DNA of 37,298 nucleotides from Octopus bimaculoides (GCF_001194135.2 NC_068995.1:57792794-57830091); one strand, 5' to 3'; shown: positions 1-12,236, counted from the first letter of the stretch. Notes: a model not told the origin generated them from the sequence alone. Numbers and translations: made by a program.

Positions 1-98
1 CCTTTCATCTCGGCTGACGTCGACAGAAATTTACTGAGCTTAAATTATTCATAAACTTTGCTATTATCGTCTGTGCCTTCTTGTAACAGATATGTATA

Positions 99-105
99 TA
101 TAGAT

Positions 106-182
<77 letters not shown>

Positions 183-379
183 GAAAGAGAAAGAGAGAGA
201 GAGAAAGAGAGAGAGAGAGGCAGATAAGAATACATATATATATATATTTACAAATATTAATTATGTATACATATACATGTATATCATAACATGAATATAT
301 ATATATATATATATATATATANNNNNNNNNNNNNNNNNNNNNNNNNNNNNNNNNNNNNNNNNNNNNNNNNNNNNNNNNN

Positions 380-427
<48 letters not shown>

Positions 428-437
428 GTGTGTGTGT
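99..437. repeat. Compound microsatellite block (GATA)n, (GA)n, (TA)n, gap, (GT)n
   Basis: Direct reading of the sequence; includes N-gap 322-379. Confidence 0.95.
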
Positions 438-702
438 ATACGTGAATATATATACATATACTTACAATTATGTGCGTATGTAAGTACATATATCAGGTGT
501 AAATGAAATTGAGTCTATGTTTATACATACGTACGTCCAGTACTTACACACACAAACACATATACACATACATGATACATATGAACATAAAGATATATAT
601 ATATATATGTATCATATGTAAGTATATATTTGTCTATGTAACCATTTATCTATTTATCTGTTTTATCTATCAATATCTCACTATATATATGCATATATAT
701 AC

Positions 703-741
<39 letters not shown>

Positions 742-769
742 CACACATATATACATATATAGTTCAAAT

Positions 770-835
770 TTACAGAAGGCAAAAGACGAAGACAGGTGAA
801 GAAACAACAAGCAGGTGTATTAATTTAACGCCACT
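770..835 (-). mobile_element. Truncated tail fragment of the hammerhead-like repeat family also at 2921-3055 and 14014-14121
   Basis: agacgaagacaggtg..aaacaacaa..tgtatta.tttaacgc is the reverse complement of gcgttaaactaatacatccatttgttgtttacaccacctgtcttcgtct in the 2921-3055 copy. Confidence 0.7.
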
Positions 836-1216
836 CACACACATATATATATATGTGGATGTTTATATTTAACACGTTTGTTTACAGACAAACGCATATA
901 GACCTTCAGTGGAGTAACTGAGTTGGAAGAGAAATTCTCCTTATAGATATTCTGTGTAAAATCACATCAAACTTAAGCTATGAGTTACCTCATCGGACAA
1001 TAGGACATTTGCTTCTGTAACGTTGTGCTTCATCAGTGACATAACCCCAAAACCGACATTCAGAGTCCGTTTAAACCTACTTTTCCTTTATGTAGACAGC
1101 AAACGAAGAATTACCTTATGTGAACAAAGCTTTCTCAAGCTGGAATTTATAAAGTCTCACTAAGTATCTCCGAGTTCGATTTTGCTTTCATCGTTTATTA
1201 AAACTAAGTACCTTAA

Positions 1217-1296
1217 CGGAATTTGAACTCGGAACGTAATTAACCGGAAGAAATATTAATAAGTCTGATGCGCTGACGATTCTCCCACCTTGCCGC
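1217..1296 (-). mobile_element. tRNA-derived SINE family A, 5' fragment
   Basis: ggaatttgaactc (B box on the minus strand) and gcgctgacgattct match the head of the adjacent copy at 1318-1533. Confidence 0.6.
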
Positions 1297-1317
1297 TTTC
1301 TTGCGTTTATTAAGAAT

Positions 1318-1533
1318 GGCTTTAAATTGCTGGCGCAAGGCCAGCAATTTTGGGAGAAGGAGTAAGTCGAATACATCGACCCCAGTGATCAACTGGTACT
1401 TGTTTTATCCTTCCCGAAAGGATAAAAGGCTAAGTCCATCTCGGTGGAATTTGAAGTGAAAGCACAAAAAAGGACGAAATGCATTTAGAGGCATTTTGTC
1501 CGGCGCGCTAACGATTCTGCCAGTTCGACGCCG
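1318..1533 (-). mobile_element. tRNA-derived SINE family A, near full length
   Basis: Minus strand reads ctggcagaatcgttagcgcgccggacaaaatgc (A-box head), acttcaaattcc (B box), ccttttatcctttcgggaaggataaaacaagtaccag (central domain), then a tail. It matches copies at 4947 and 7636. Confidence 0.85.
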
Positions 1534-1619
1534 TCTTACGTTTATTAATAGTTTCATGGAAAGCAAGACGTCATTGTCATAACTTCTAATCTCTCAGTCA
1601 GTGCCATATTAGGGACAGT

Positions 1620-1845
1620 TACTCGAAGATATTGTGCTTTTAAGGACCCAACCCTGATCTATTTACGTTGTTCTTTACTGTCAATAAGTAAATGCTATTA
1701 TAGGGCCCAAAACATTGATTTGCCCGAGACCTTATATGTCGCGGGACACAATTCTGATCGATGTATGCTACGGCTTGATGTCAATAACAGTGCATCGATT
1801 GGCCCGGGGGCCTATAATGCTGCTAAGGTGACCCTGATCTCAGTA
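1620..1845 (+). repeat. Degenerate 80-100 bp tandem triplication
   Basis: ctgatc at 1654, 1754 and 1834; tgtcaataa at 1679 and 1779; accctgatct at 1651 and 1831. Confidence 0.5.
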
Positions 1846-2920
1846 ACTACAAATAAACAAAAAGTAAACAGAAAATAAAAACACAATTCATGCTTATACT
1901 TGCAGCTATATAATATCACTTATAACCGAGAATATATGTAATACGACGTGTGGTGCAAAAACAATAACGACTACAATATCAACGAGAAGAACAAAACCAA
2001 CTGTATCAAATATAACAACAACAGCAACAATAACAACAACAATAACAGCCACAATAATGATAATGATAATAAATATATATTTAAGCTGAACACTGGAAAA
2101 TTAGTCTGCTAATTTATATCAATTTCTTATCTTAAAAATGAAGGTTAGTGATTGGAAAACGGATATTAAAACTTGTTTTAATATCCGTTTTGATTTCGAA
2201 CCACACACCTGTGTGTTTGCGATTCATATCTCGTTTACTCGTCAACTATTCATAACTGCATGCCATACTCTCTCACACATGTACACATGCACACACACAC
2301 ACACATACGCACACATGTGTGAGCATGGATGTGTACGTTTGAATGCGTGCGTGTATGTGTATTGGTGTATACGTATATTTATAAAGGTTTTGTAAAAGAT
2401 AAGCACTTTTAAAAGTTTTATTCCAACGTAAACCCGTCATTGTAACTAAGATGCATATGTGTGTGCGTGTGCATATGTGTGCGTATGTGTACGGATGTGT
2501 GTATGTATAAATGTATATACACATAAATTTATACGCATACACAGACACACATAAATATGTATGTATATATTTGTGTGCGTAAATATGCATACATATATGT
2601 ATGTGTATACACATACATGCATACACACACACACACATATTTATAGCAAGTAAGTGAGAGAGAGAGAGGGGGAGGGGTCACTTGCAATGTATGTAAAATC
2701 TATTCTCTCAACGACATCAAGACTGAATCCAATTCTGGTCTGTTTATCTTCGGTTGCCTCCGTCATTCCATTCGTTCGTTAGTTTACTACAGCGATCATT
2801 CCTAAATTTTCATTGGTGGAAATATATTTTCTATTAAATCGTTTATATTTCGTTAAAATCATTTTCAGCTAAAAAAATGTTGATGGTCCAAAGTTTTTCT
2901 CCTTGTTTCTTTCTGTGTTC

Positions 2921-3055
2921 CTTTCAGTTGAAGAGCATAGGCTCGAAATGTCAAAGACTTTCTCTATTCCCGAGCGTTAAACTAATACATCCATTTGTTG
3001 TTTACACCACCTGTCTTCGTCTGTTGTCTTTTTTTCGTAAATTCTCCCATATATA
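2921..3055 (+). mobile_element. Short dispersed repeat with a hammerhead-like fold (non-canonical core), probably Penelope-like pLTR derived
   Basis: CUUU(2921-24) CAGUUGA A GAGC-auag-GCUC GAAA U GUC AAAG(2953-56); the downstream body is shared with 14014-14121 and 770-835. Confidence 0.6.
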
Positions 3056-4057
3056 NNNNNNNNNNNNNNNNNNNNNNNNNNNNNNNNNNNNNNNNNNNNN
3101 NNNNNNNNNNNNNNNNNNNNNNNNNNNNNNNNNNNNNNNNNNNNNNNNNNNNNNNNNNNNNNNNNNNNNNNNNNNNNNNNNNNNNNNNNNNNNNNNNNNN
3201 NNNNNNNNNNNNNNNNNNNNNNNNNNNNNNNNNNNNNNNNNNNNNNNNNNNNNNNNNNNNNNNNNNNNNNNNNNNNNNNNNNNNNNNNNNNNNNNNNNNN
3301 NNNNNNNNNNNNNNNNNNNNNNNNNNNNNNNNNNNNNNNNNNNNNNNNNNNNNNNNNNNNNNNNNNNNNNNNNNNNNNNNNNNNNNNNNNNNNNNNNNNN
3401 NNNNNNNNNNNNNNNNNNNNNNNNNNNNNNNNNNNNNNNNNNNNNNNNNNNNNNNNNNNNNNNNNNNNNNNNNNNNNNNNNNNNNNNNNNNNNNNNNNNN
3501 NNNNNNNNNNNNNNNNNNNNNNNNNNNNNNNNNNNNNNNNNNNNNNNNNNNNNNNNNNNNNNNNNNNNNNNNNNNNNNNNNNNNNNTATATATGTATGTA
3601 TGTATATACACATATAGAGAAAGAGAGAGACAGGGAGGGAGAGAGAGATGAATTAATATAGATGTTATGATAATGACAATTTTACATTAAATTGAGGTAT
3701 TAATCAACACATTTGGCCGAATACACATTTATTATTCTTAACAAGTGTAGTATTGTCAGTGACATCGAAGTTTCATCTAGCTATTCATTATCGAACTGAT
3801 TACAGATATGTGTGTATGTATATACACACACACAGACACACACATTTATGAATCTGTGTTGCAAGAATGGATTAAGCAGAGCAGGAAGACACATGGACGG
3901 AAAGTATAGCCGAAGAGGTCACAGATGTGTAACGAAAGATTTTCGTACAATGGACATGAGTTAGAATAAGAACAGTAATAAATGAATGAAGAACGAATAT
4001 ACTGTGCGTGTGTTTATTTGGTTAAAAAAAAAAGAAATGGAAATGACCATCCCGAAA

Positions 4058-4105
<48 letters not shown>

Positions 4106-4144
4106 AACGTACATATAAGGATTGCATATATGTATGTACATAGT

Positions 4145-4558
4145 CGCAGGCGTCGCTGTGTGGTAAGAAGCTTTCTTCACAGCCACACGTTTCCAGGATC
4201 AGTCCCTCTACGTGGCACTTTGGTCAAGTATCTTCTACCATAGCCTCGGGCCGACCAGAACTTTGCGAGTAGTGGATTTGGTAGTCAGAAAGTGAAAGAA
4301 GCCTATCGTTTATGTATATATAAATGTTTGTGTGTGTGTGTGTTTGTGTGTGTCTTTGTGTCGATGTTTGTCCCCTTTCACCGCTTGACAACCGTTGCTG
4401 CTTTGTTTTCCACCCACTTAAAAATAGGTGATTCAGCAAAATAGAATTATATAAGTACAAAGCTTTAAAAAGGACTGAGGTCAATTCGTTCGACTAAAAT
4501 GCTTCAAGGCGGCGCCCCAGCATGGCCGCAGTCAAATGACTGAAGCAAGTAAAAGATA
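4145..4558 (+). mobile_element. tRNA-derived SINE family B, full length, with internal microsatellite and LINE-type 3' tail
   Basis: Head gcgtcgctgtgtggtaagaag, B-box-like ggatcagtccc (4196-4206), central ggcactttggtcaagtatcttctaccatagcctcgggccgacc, internal (TG)n, and tail aaggcggcgccccagcatggccgcagtcaaatgactgaagcaagtaaaagata. Confidence 0.9.
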
Positions 4559-4804
4559 TATATGCGTGTGCGTGGCTCTATGTGCCTCTGTGTGATGTAG
4601 ATATTAAACACACGCACACACACACAACTGGCTGTCGTGTGCCTGACTCCTTTGTTATATCCAGTCTCCGAATTTCAACAGATGGTTGGCGGATCAGAAG
4701 ACGCCTGAGACTTAAGTGACAAGCAGTAAAGTGGCGGAGGGTGGGAGAGGCGAAGTTATCAAATGTATAATAGATGGCGCCAGCCGTCTTAGCTGCTCGC
4801 TTAC

Positions 4805-4886
4805 CTGGGGACAGTGAGGTGGTGCCTAGGTACGGGCGATAGGGGTGCATCACACGGTTATCATAGGCGAAGTGTTGTAATACTGG
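4805..4886 (-). CDS. Candidate internal coding exon (PVLQHFAYDNRVMHPYRPYLGTTSLSP), product unknown
   Basis: Strong donor CAG|GTAAGC at 4805/4804, AG at 4887-4888, only one frame open, and it lies in a GC-enriched unique island. The polypyrimidine tract is weak and no homology was recognised. Confidence 0.22.
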
Positions 4887-4946
4887 CTACAGTTTGTTGC
4901 TAACTCTCTGGTCATATGTGATTAGTGGGGTGCTTGTTGTTGTTGC

Positions 4947-5074
4947 CGGCAGAATCGTGAGCACGCCGGACAAAGTGCTTTGCAGCATTTCGTCCGTCTT
5001 TACGTTTTGAGTTCAAATTCTGCTGAGGTCAACTTTGCTTTTCCTCCTTTTGGGGTCGATAAAATAAGTACCGG
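4947..5074 (+). mobile_element. tRNA-derived SINE family A, 3'-truncated
   Basis: ggcagaatcgtgagcacgccggacaaagtgc head, gagttcaaattc B box (5009-5020), ttcctccttttggggtcgataaaataagtacc central domain. Confidence 0.85.
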
Positions 5075-5152
5075 CCAAAATATTTTATTACCCCTGTGCA
5101 TGCGGAGTTCGAGGATGTAGGGATTGGAATAACACGAAGCAAAGAGACGAGC

Positions 5153-5198
<46 letters not shown>

Positions 5199-5211
5199 GG
5201 TGGTGGTGGTA
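5153..5211. repeat. (TAG)n-(TGG)n microsatellite
   Basis: Direct reading. Confidence 0.95.
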
Positions 5212-6414
5212 GGTGTTTTAGATGTTGTATATTAAGTGACAGATAGAGCCCTGCCCCCTCCCACCAAAACTAGGTTTCACCTGCCCCGCGGTTGTCAGGC
5301 ACGTGTCGAAAGTGACCTACCCGAACACCCTAACGCCAAGTCCTTGTACCCCACCCCGTCAACTATCACGAAACTGTGTCCTTGAATGTACGGGTGTGGT
5401 GTGGTGTGGTAAGTGGGTAGCAAATCCTCACTCGGAAGCGAACGGAGTGTAGTGGTGGGGGAAAGGAGAGGAGCTTGGGGTAATTACTTCCCTTGATGGG
5501 AAGGGAGTTGTTGACACACTTTGTAGGTGACAGGAGCCAACTGTTGGTAAAGGTGGGATGTTGGAGGGGAGAGGGGGAAAGGGACATAGTAGTTAGTGGC
5601 GGTGGTGGTGGTGGTGGTGGTAGTAGTAGTAGTAGAAAAGTGAGCAGTTATAAAGAGTGTTTGTAGGTAAATCGTGTGACCGAAGTATTGTTGGTGTTTG
5701 TCCTAAATTGATCGAACAGACACGAGTGAAGAAAAGCCCCTCCATGACCATCCCTTCTGTGATCCTGACACAGTAATCACCGACCACACATCTGATGTGT
5801 TATAATCGGGAGGTGGGAGAGGCTTTCATCTGAGAGTAATTTAGCTGCTGTTTCTAATATGTCTACTAAACAAATAGAGCAGGCACGGCGGACCGCATGA
5901 AACGTGGCCCATCACCAGTCAGGCTCAGGCCGCACCACTAAAAGAATCCTTGGTTAATTTTCCGTTAGGCATGCATTCAGAAAGTTCTGCGGCCTACATT
6001 TTGCTCATGGCGTTCCGTTATTGATGGATGTTGTTGGTTGTGCTATTGGTTGGTGTTGGCTGGTGGTATTTGCAATGGTAATTTTGGTGATGGTATTAAC
6101 ACTGGCAGCGATGGAGGAAGCGCTGATGCTGGTGTTTGTGGTTGATGTCTGTGATGAGATGGGTGTTGTGCTCCTGTTACTAGTAATGGGCGTTCATAGT
6201 GATGATGGTTTTGCGACCGACGCTCGTTGCAATAATGGTGGATAAGATTGCTATGGCTGAGCGGATGATCTTGTTGAGTTTTAAAATTTGTATTTTATTT
6301 TCCATTTATTTATTCATATATCTTTGTTGCACATTTGAGACTGAACCGTCTCTTGGTTTGAATTAGATTTAGCTGCTTTTAGGCTATAATTTCAGACTTC
6401 GATTCTTCGATCAG

Positions 6415-6603
6415 CGTTGTCATCATCATCATCATCATCATCACCAACGTCATCATTTTCAGTAGCAACAGCAGTAACAGTATCTTCATCATCATCCTCG
6501 TCATCAACGCCATCACTGCCGCAAGCATCATTGTTGTCATCATCTTCATCATTATTACCACCACCACCACCACCACCACCACCATCATCATAATCATCAT
6601 CAT
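6415..6603. repeat. Degenerate (CAT)n/(CAC)n trinucleotide region
   Basis: Direct reading. Confidence 0.9.
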
Positions 6604-7558
6604 ATTGATGAGGAATGCAAGAATTGATACAAAGTAGTGTCTCGGTGGTATTTAAGATGAGGGGGGGGGGATTTGTGAAGGTGTGCTTGTGTGTGTCTGT
6701 GTGTCTGTTTGCAGCGAAGGATTAAAAGTATGCATAGGGGTTCAGGGTTGACAAGGTACAGTTTGTTTTTTTTTGTCTGTCACTTTACTGATTACTTTTC
6801 AGGTGACTTCACTTGCTTCAAACACCTTTCTTCCATCTCACGTCATTACGTCTNNNNNNNNNNNNNNNNNNNNNNNNNNNNNNNNNNNNNNNNNNNNNNN
6901 NNNNNNNNNNNNNNNNNNNNNNNNNNNNNNNNNNNNNNNNNNNNNNNNNNNNNNNNNNNNNNNNNNNNNNNNNNNNNNNNNNNNNNNNNNNNNNNNNNNN
7001 NNNNNNNNNNNNNNNNNNNNNNNNNNNNNNNNNNNNNNNNNNNNNNNNNNNNNNNNNNNNNNNNNNNNNNNNNNNNNNNNNNNNNNNNNNNNNNNNNNNN
7101 NNNNNNNNNNNNNNNNNNNNNNNNNNNNNNNNNNNNNNNNNNNNNNNNNNNNNNNNNNNNNNNNNNNNNNNNNNNNNNNNNNNNNNNNNNNNNNNNNNNN
7201 NNNNNNNNNNNNNNNNNNNNNNNNNNNNNNNNNNNNNNNNNNNNNNNNNNNNNNNNNNNNNNNNNNNNNNNNNNNNNNNNNNNNNNNNNNNNNNNNNNNN
7301 NNNNNNNNNNNNNNNNNNNNNNNNNNNNNNNNNNNNNNNNNNNNNNNNNNNNNNNTGGTGGTGGTGGTGGTGGTGGTGGTGGTGGTGAGAGCTTTGGTGT
7401 TATTTATGATGCTTACAGTCTTTGTGTCTGAATGTAGAGAGGGTGTCGATTCCTGGTGAAGGAGTCAGTTCTTTCTACCGGAACTCTAGTTAGAACCTTA
7501 TTTCCTTGAGGAAGTTAGCAGACAGGCAGGCAGGCAGACAGACACACAGATAGATAGT

Positions 7559-7597
<39 letters not shown>

Positions 7598-7635
7598 ATG
7601 GATAGATAAAGACACCGAGGTCAGATGCATTACTT

Positions 7636-7712
7636 TGCGGCATTTTGCGTTTTGCGTTCAAATCTGACAGAGATCAACTTTGTCTTTCATTCTTTCGGGG
7701 CCAATAAATTTA
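7636..7712 (+). mobile_element. tRNA-derived SINE family A, internal fragment
   Basis: gcggcattttgcg..gttcaaatctgacagagatcaactttgtctttcattctttcggggccaataaa aligns with the 4947-5074 copy. Confidence 0.7.
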
Positions 7713-7892
7713 AAGAAATGAAATTATGCCTCCAATGAGAAGGGATGCCATTAGCATTAATAAGAATTCTTTCCAAAAGAGAAAAGGGGGAAAAAAAACT
7801 CTTTTGAAATTGCTGAATAAATAGACATTTCCAAAGAAATAAACTCTTGTATATGTATTGAGTACTCTTTCTTCCACTTTATATATTCAAAG

Positions 7893-7944
<52 letters not shown>

Positions 7945-7979
7945 GCGTGCATGTCTGTGTGTGTGTGTGTATCTCCACT

Positions 7980-8167
7980 GTTTAATAACCACCGTTCGTT
8001 TGTTTACGTTCCCGAAACTTAGTCCAGCAAAAAAGACTGACAGAATAAGTAACAAGCATAAAAAAAGAGAATAAATACTGCAGTCAGTTCATTCAGCTAA
8101 CCCCCATCCCAAGGCGGTGCACCAGTATGGCCGCAGTCCAATGAGTAAAACAAGGGAAAGATAAAAG
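7980..8167 (+). mobile_element. SINE family B, 3' half
   Basis: Begins after a (TG)n tract; contains gacagaataagtaac and the tail aaggcggtgcaccagtatggccgcagtccaatgagtaaaacaagggaaagataaaag. Confidence 0.85.
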
Positions 8168-9070
8168 CTTGCTCTAAAAGATAGCAAAGACTTGGGATAG
8201 GTCAATGCTTGAACACCTTTGGTCATAAGTGTGGTCGGTGAAGGCTGACCCGGGGCTAAACAGCAATCACTATGGCTAAACCGATCATATACTATGGAGG
8301 GTTATTCAATCGATTATATCACAATTTTTTCCAAAGAGAGAGTTTTGTTTTGTTTTTTTATTTGTTTTTTTGTTTTGGGGTTGTTTTTTTTTTTGCTTCG
8401 ACAAATGAAATCATTTTCTTATAAATCTTCTAGAAAACTTCTTCCTTCCGTTTGCCCTTATGTGAAAACCCTCACCAATTCCATATTTCTACAATTTTCC
8501 ATCCTCCCTGCCTGCAGCAAGCAAGAAAATAACAAACTCCTGCTTCTCTTCTTCTTTATTTTCACCTCTTCAGGGAGCTTTAACATTGAACACTAGTTTG
8601 GCGTCTCTATATTTATAAAGTGTCCTCGATGGTTCTAATAGCAATGGATTGAACAAGATTATTACAGCAAATCATCACAGTCGCCTTTCAATATTCATTT
8701 TTTCATATTTTTGTTGTACGTTAAGCCATCCATTTTTTTTTTGAATATATATATTTTTAATATATTTTGTTCTTACATCCTTCGCCTTTTCTTTTTTGTT
8801 TATTTATATGCTGTTACCGTTCCTCTTTATTTATTATTTTGTTTTTTTGTTTTATATCCCAACATCACCACCGCGATTCTTTTACTTGCAATCAATACAA
8901 AATCACGCTTGTGGAATCCCACCGAACATCATCTCCTCTGCCTCATGGCCACCAGCGAGAAGAAGAAAACGAGAAGGAACCCCCGAGGCAGGATGTTTCT
9001 TTCTCCTGAAGCGGTCGCTCCATCGCATATCATCGGCATCATCATTATTATTATTACTACTACCACCACC

Positions 9071-9127
<57 letters not shown>

Positions 9128-9780
9128 GTGTTGTTTATNNNNNNNNNNNNNNNNNNNNNNNNNNNNNNNNNNNNNNNNNNNNNNNNNNNNNNNNNNNNNN
9201 NNNNNNNNNNNNNNNNNNNNNNNNNNNNNNNNNNNNNNNNNNNNNNNNNNNNNNNNNNNNNNNNNNNNNNNNNNNNNNNNNNNNNNNNNNNNNNNNNNNN
9301 NNNNNNNNNNNNNNNNNNNNNNNNNNNNNNNNNNNNNNNNNNNNNNNNNNNNNNNNNNNNNNNNNNNNNNNNNNNNNNNNNNNNNNNNNNNNNNNNNNNN
9401 NNNNNNNNNNNNNNNNNNNNNNNNNNNNNNNNNNNNNNNNNNNNNNNNNNNNNNNNNNNNNNNNNNNNNNNNNNNNNNNNNNNNNNNNNNNNNNNNNNNN
9501 NNNNNNNNNNNNNNNNNNNNNNNNNNNNNNNNNNNNNNNNNNNNNNNNNNNNNNNNNNNNNNNNNNNNNNNNNNNNNNNNNNNNNNNNNNNNNNNNNNNN
9601 NNNNNNNNNNNNNNNNNNNNNNNNNNNNNNNNNNNNNNNNNNNNNNNNNNNNNNNNNNNNNNNNNNNNNNNNNNNNNNNNNNNNNNNNNNNNNNNNNNNN
9701 NNNNNNNNNNNNNNNNNNNNNNNNNNNNNNNNNNNNNNNNNNNNNNNNNNNNNNNNNNNNNNNNNNNNNNNNNNNNNNNN

Positions 9781-9820
<40 letters not shown>

Positions 9821-11112
9821 CTCTCTCGCTCTCTCTCTTTCTCTCTCTCTCTTGCTTTTCTAGTGTTCAGTTTTTCCTTAATGATTACCAACTTCTTTGT
9901 ATCTCATTCACGCTCAGCAGTTCTTTCTTTCTTTCTTTCTTCTTTTCCTTCTCCTCCTCCTCCTCCTTTTCCTTCGCATTCATATTTTTCTTTTTTGCCT
10001 TCTCCTTCTTTTCTATTCCTCTTACTTTTATCTCTCTCCCTCTCTCCTCTATTTTATTCACTCTCATTTTATTCTCTTGGCTCTCCCTCCCGTTCACCAC
10101 TCTCTACTACCACCACCACCACCACCACTACCGCCACTCCTTATTATTTTCATTGTTTTCCATATTCTATTTCATTATAATAAATAATGTTTCCACACTG
10201 TAAACTTGGTTCGCCGAAATAAAGGTTTCACCAGTTTTCGCCAGCAAACAGACCAACAGCCCAGCAATCAAACATTTTGTTTTCTCCTTGGCCAAACCGA
10301 TTCCAGTTAAGATTACCGCCCCCAACACCCATCTTTCAAACATCTACACAGCAACAACACAATCTCACCACAAACAACAGCCGAATCTTTCTTCTCTTTC
10401 TTTGTTTATTCGCTTTCGTTCGTCCTTCTTCGTCTCTATCACACGCATCACTGAATAGCACGCAATTTACAGTTGATGCGTTGATCTATGTCATAGAGAA
10501 GAGAAAGAGATGGAGGCAGGCGTAGGCAGCGATAGAAACAGAGATGATATGTAGAAAGGAAGGACGAAAAGACGAAACAAAACAAAAAATACCACAAGAT
10601 TTCACTTTATAGTAAACGAATCGGACAGATAACAACCTTCATGAACCTAGCCTCTTCACACAAACTTCTTCTCATCCGCCATCATTCCACCCCACCCCAC
10701 CCCCACTTATCACCCCCATGATTTCGCGACGTCCTTCTTATGCCATTTACAAGTAGGAAAGCTGGCGAAAAAGGCCTTAGCCTTTACATTCCGCTTGCAT
10801 CGAAGCGTGTCCCCCTGCGGGACGGCGATGTAACGAAGGGCAGGTAATCAGTACAAACGCAGCTGTTGGAGGAAAAGTAATTTATGTGTTGCATGCGGAG
10901 CCGAGTCATTTATCATAAAACAGATAGAGAGCAGCTTTCGCTTGTTTGCTGTCGGCTGTTGGGGAAAACTCGTGTGCATCTATCTCTGTAATGGGTGCAT
11001 CTATGTATGCATGCATGTATGTATGTACGAAAGCATGTATGTTTATGTATATATATTTATACGCACACATATGTAGATTTGTGTGCGTGCATGCATGCAT
11101 ACGTATATATAC

Positions 11113-11227
<115 letters not shown>

Positions 11228-11640
11228 GCACACATCAACATGTCATATATTAATACGTGTGTATGTATATATATATATATATGTATATATAGTCATATAT
11301 AAGTATATATAACATACGAATACACACACACACACACACACATACACACACACACATACACACACACACACGACACATGCATGTATGCGAGTGTGTGTGT
11401 GTGTGTGCGTGTGTGCGTATGTGTGTGTGTGTGTGTGTGTGTGCATGAGTAATATAAGTTGTTTGAGATGTGGACGGTGGAAATTCTGTTAATTGGTGAT
11501 GCTTAGTTATCTGCCTGTTACCTGCCGACATCGTATGTAGTCGAGTGTAGCGATTCCTTGACAGCCGTCCAATATAAGTCACAACATTCAATTAATTATA
11601 GATGTGCAACGACTGGCAAATCTTATTTAAAAGATGGTGG

Positions 11641-11705
11641 GACTGGCTGGCTGGCTGGCTGGCTGGCTAGTTGGTTGGCTGGCTGGTTGGATTGATGGAT
11701 GGAGG
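11641..11705. repeat. (GGCT)n/(GGAT)n tetranucleotide repeat
   Basis: Direct reading. Confidence 0.9.
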
Positions 11706-12197
11706 GTGGCAGGGGGGATGGTTGATGTAGGTACGAGTCAGAGAGAAAATAGTATGTACGTATGTACGTATGTATGTATGTATCTATTTATCTAGATAGA
11801 TAGATAGATAGATAGATAGAGTGAAACACAAACAAACTACGAGAGAGTGCGGGACGGAGACAGGGTGACGGAGATTGAAACAGAGAGAGGAAGTGGAGAG
11901 ACAGGTAAACAGAGATATAGGGGGACACAAAGAGAGAACACACATAGGGCAAAGAAACAGAGAAACAGAAACAGAGATGGGGAGAGAGCGAGAGGGGAGG
12001 AGAGAGAAAGAGAAAGCATACAACAGTTGGGAGATGAGAGAGTATGTGAGAGTGAAAGACGTGAAAGAAAATGGTTTCCCCAGATTTTAACGATGGTCGT
12101 CTCTCCCACAATTGCGAAAGTGAAGGAGAAAACTTCGCCAACTTGGGACAACCTTTGTGGTTTTAATATTGTAATCCATGGCTCAATGAAGCTGCGT

Positions 12198-12236
12198 CTA
12201 TGTAGTCGCTCGATTCGCTAGAAATAGCAGCCAAAT
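12198..12236 (+). mobile_element. Dispersed repeat family C fragment (gctagaaatagcagccaaat)
   Basis: Matches the reverse complement of 20595-20646 and the degenerate copy at 33866-33899. Confidence 0.6.

Noticed and set aside
1016-1045. Minus-strand CUGAUGA followed by aacguu
   Set aside because: There is no stem II, no GAAA and no stem I pairing.
5555-5583. G-quadruplex candidate
   Set aside because: Four G-runs are present but the first loop is 8 nt, and such G-rich low-complexity tracts are common here.
7448-7497. Possible hammerhead (CUGGUGA..GGAG/CUACC..GGAAC UCUA GUUA GAACC)
   Set aside because: It needs at least three corrections in core positions and cannot be distinguished from chance without relatives.
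8205-8275. Possible tail of another retroposon (ctgacccggggctaaacagcaa)
   Set aside because: There is no second copy in the window; the resemblance is from memory only.
8860-9010. Plus-strand disordered-looking peptide ending REEENEKEPPRQDVSFS
   Set aside because: It is a short purine-rich low-complexity stretch with no clear acceptor or homology.
12074-12170. Plus-strand acceptor tttccccag followed by DFNDGRLSHNCESEGENFANLGQPLWF-stop
   Set aside because: It is too short, has no supporting upstream exon and is within chance expectation.
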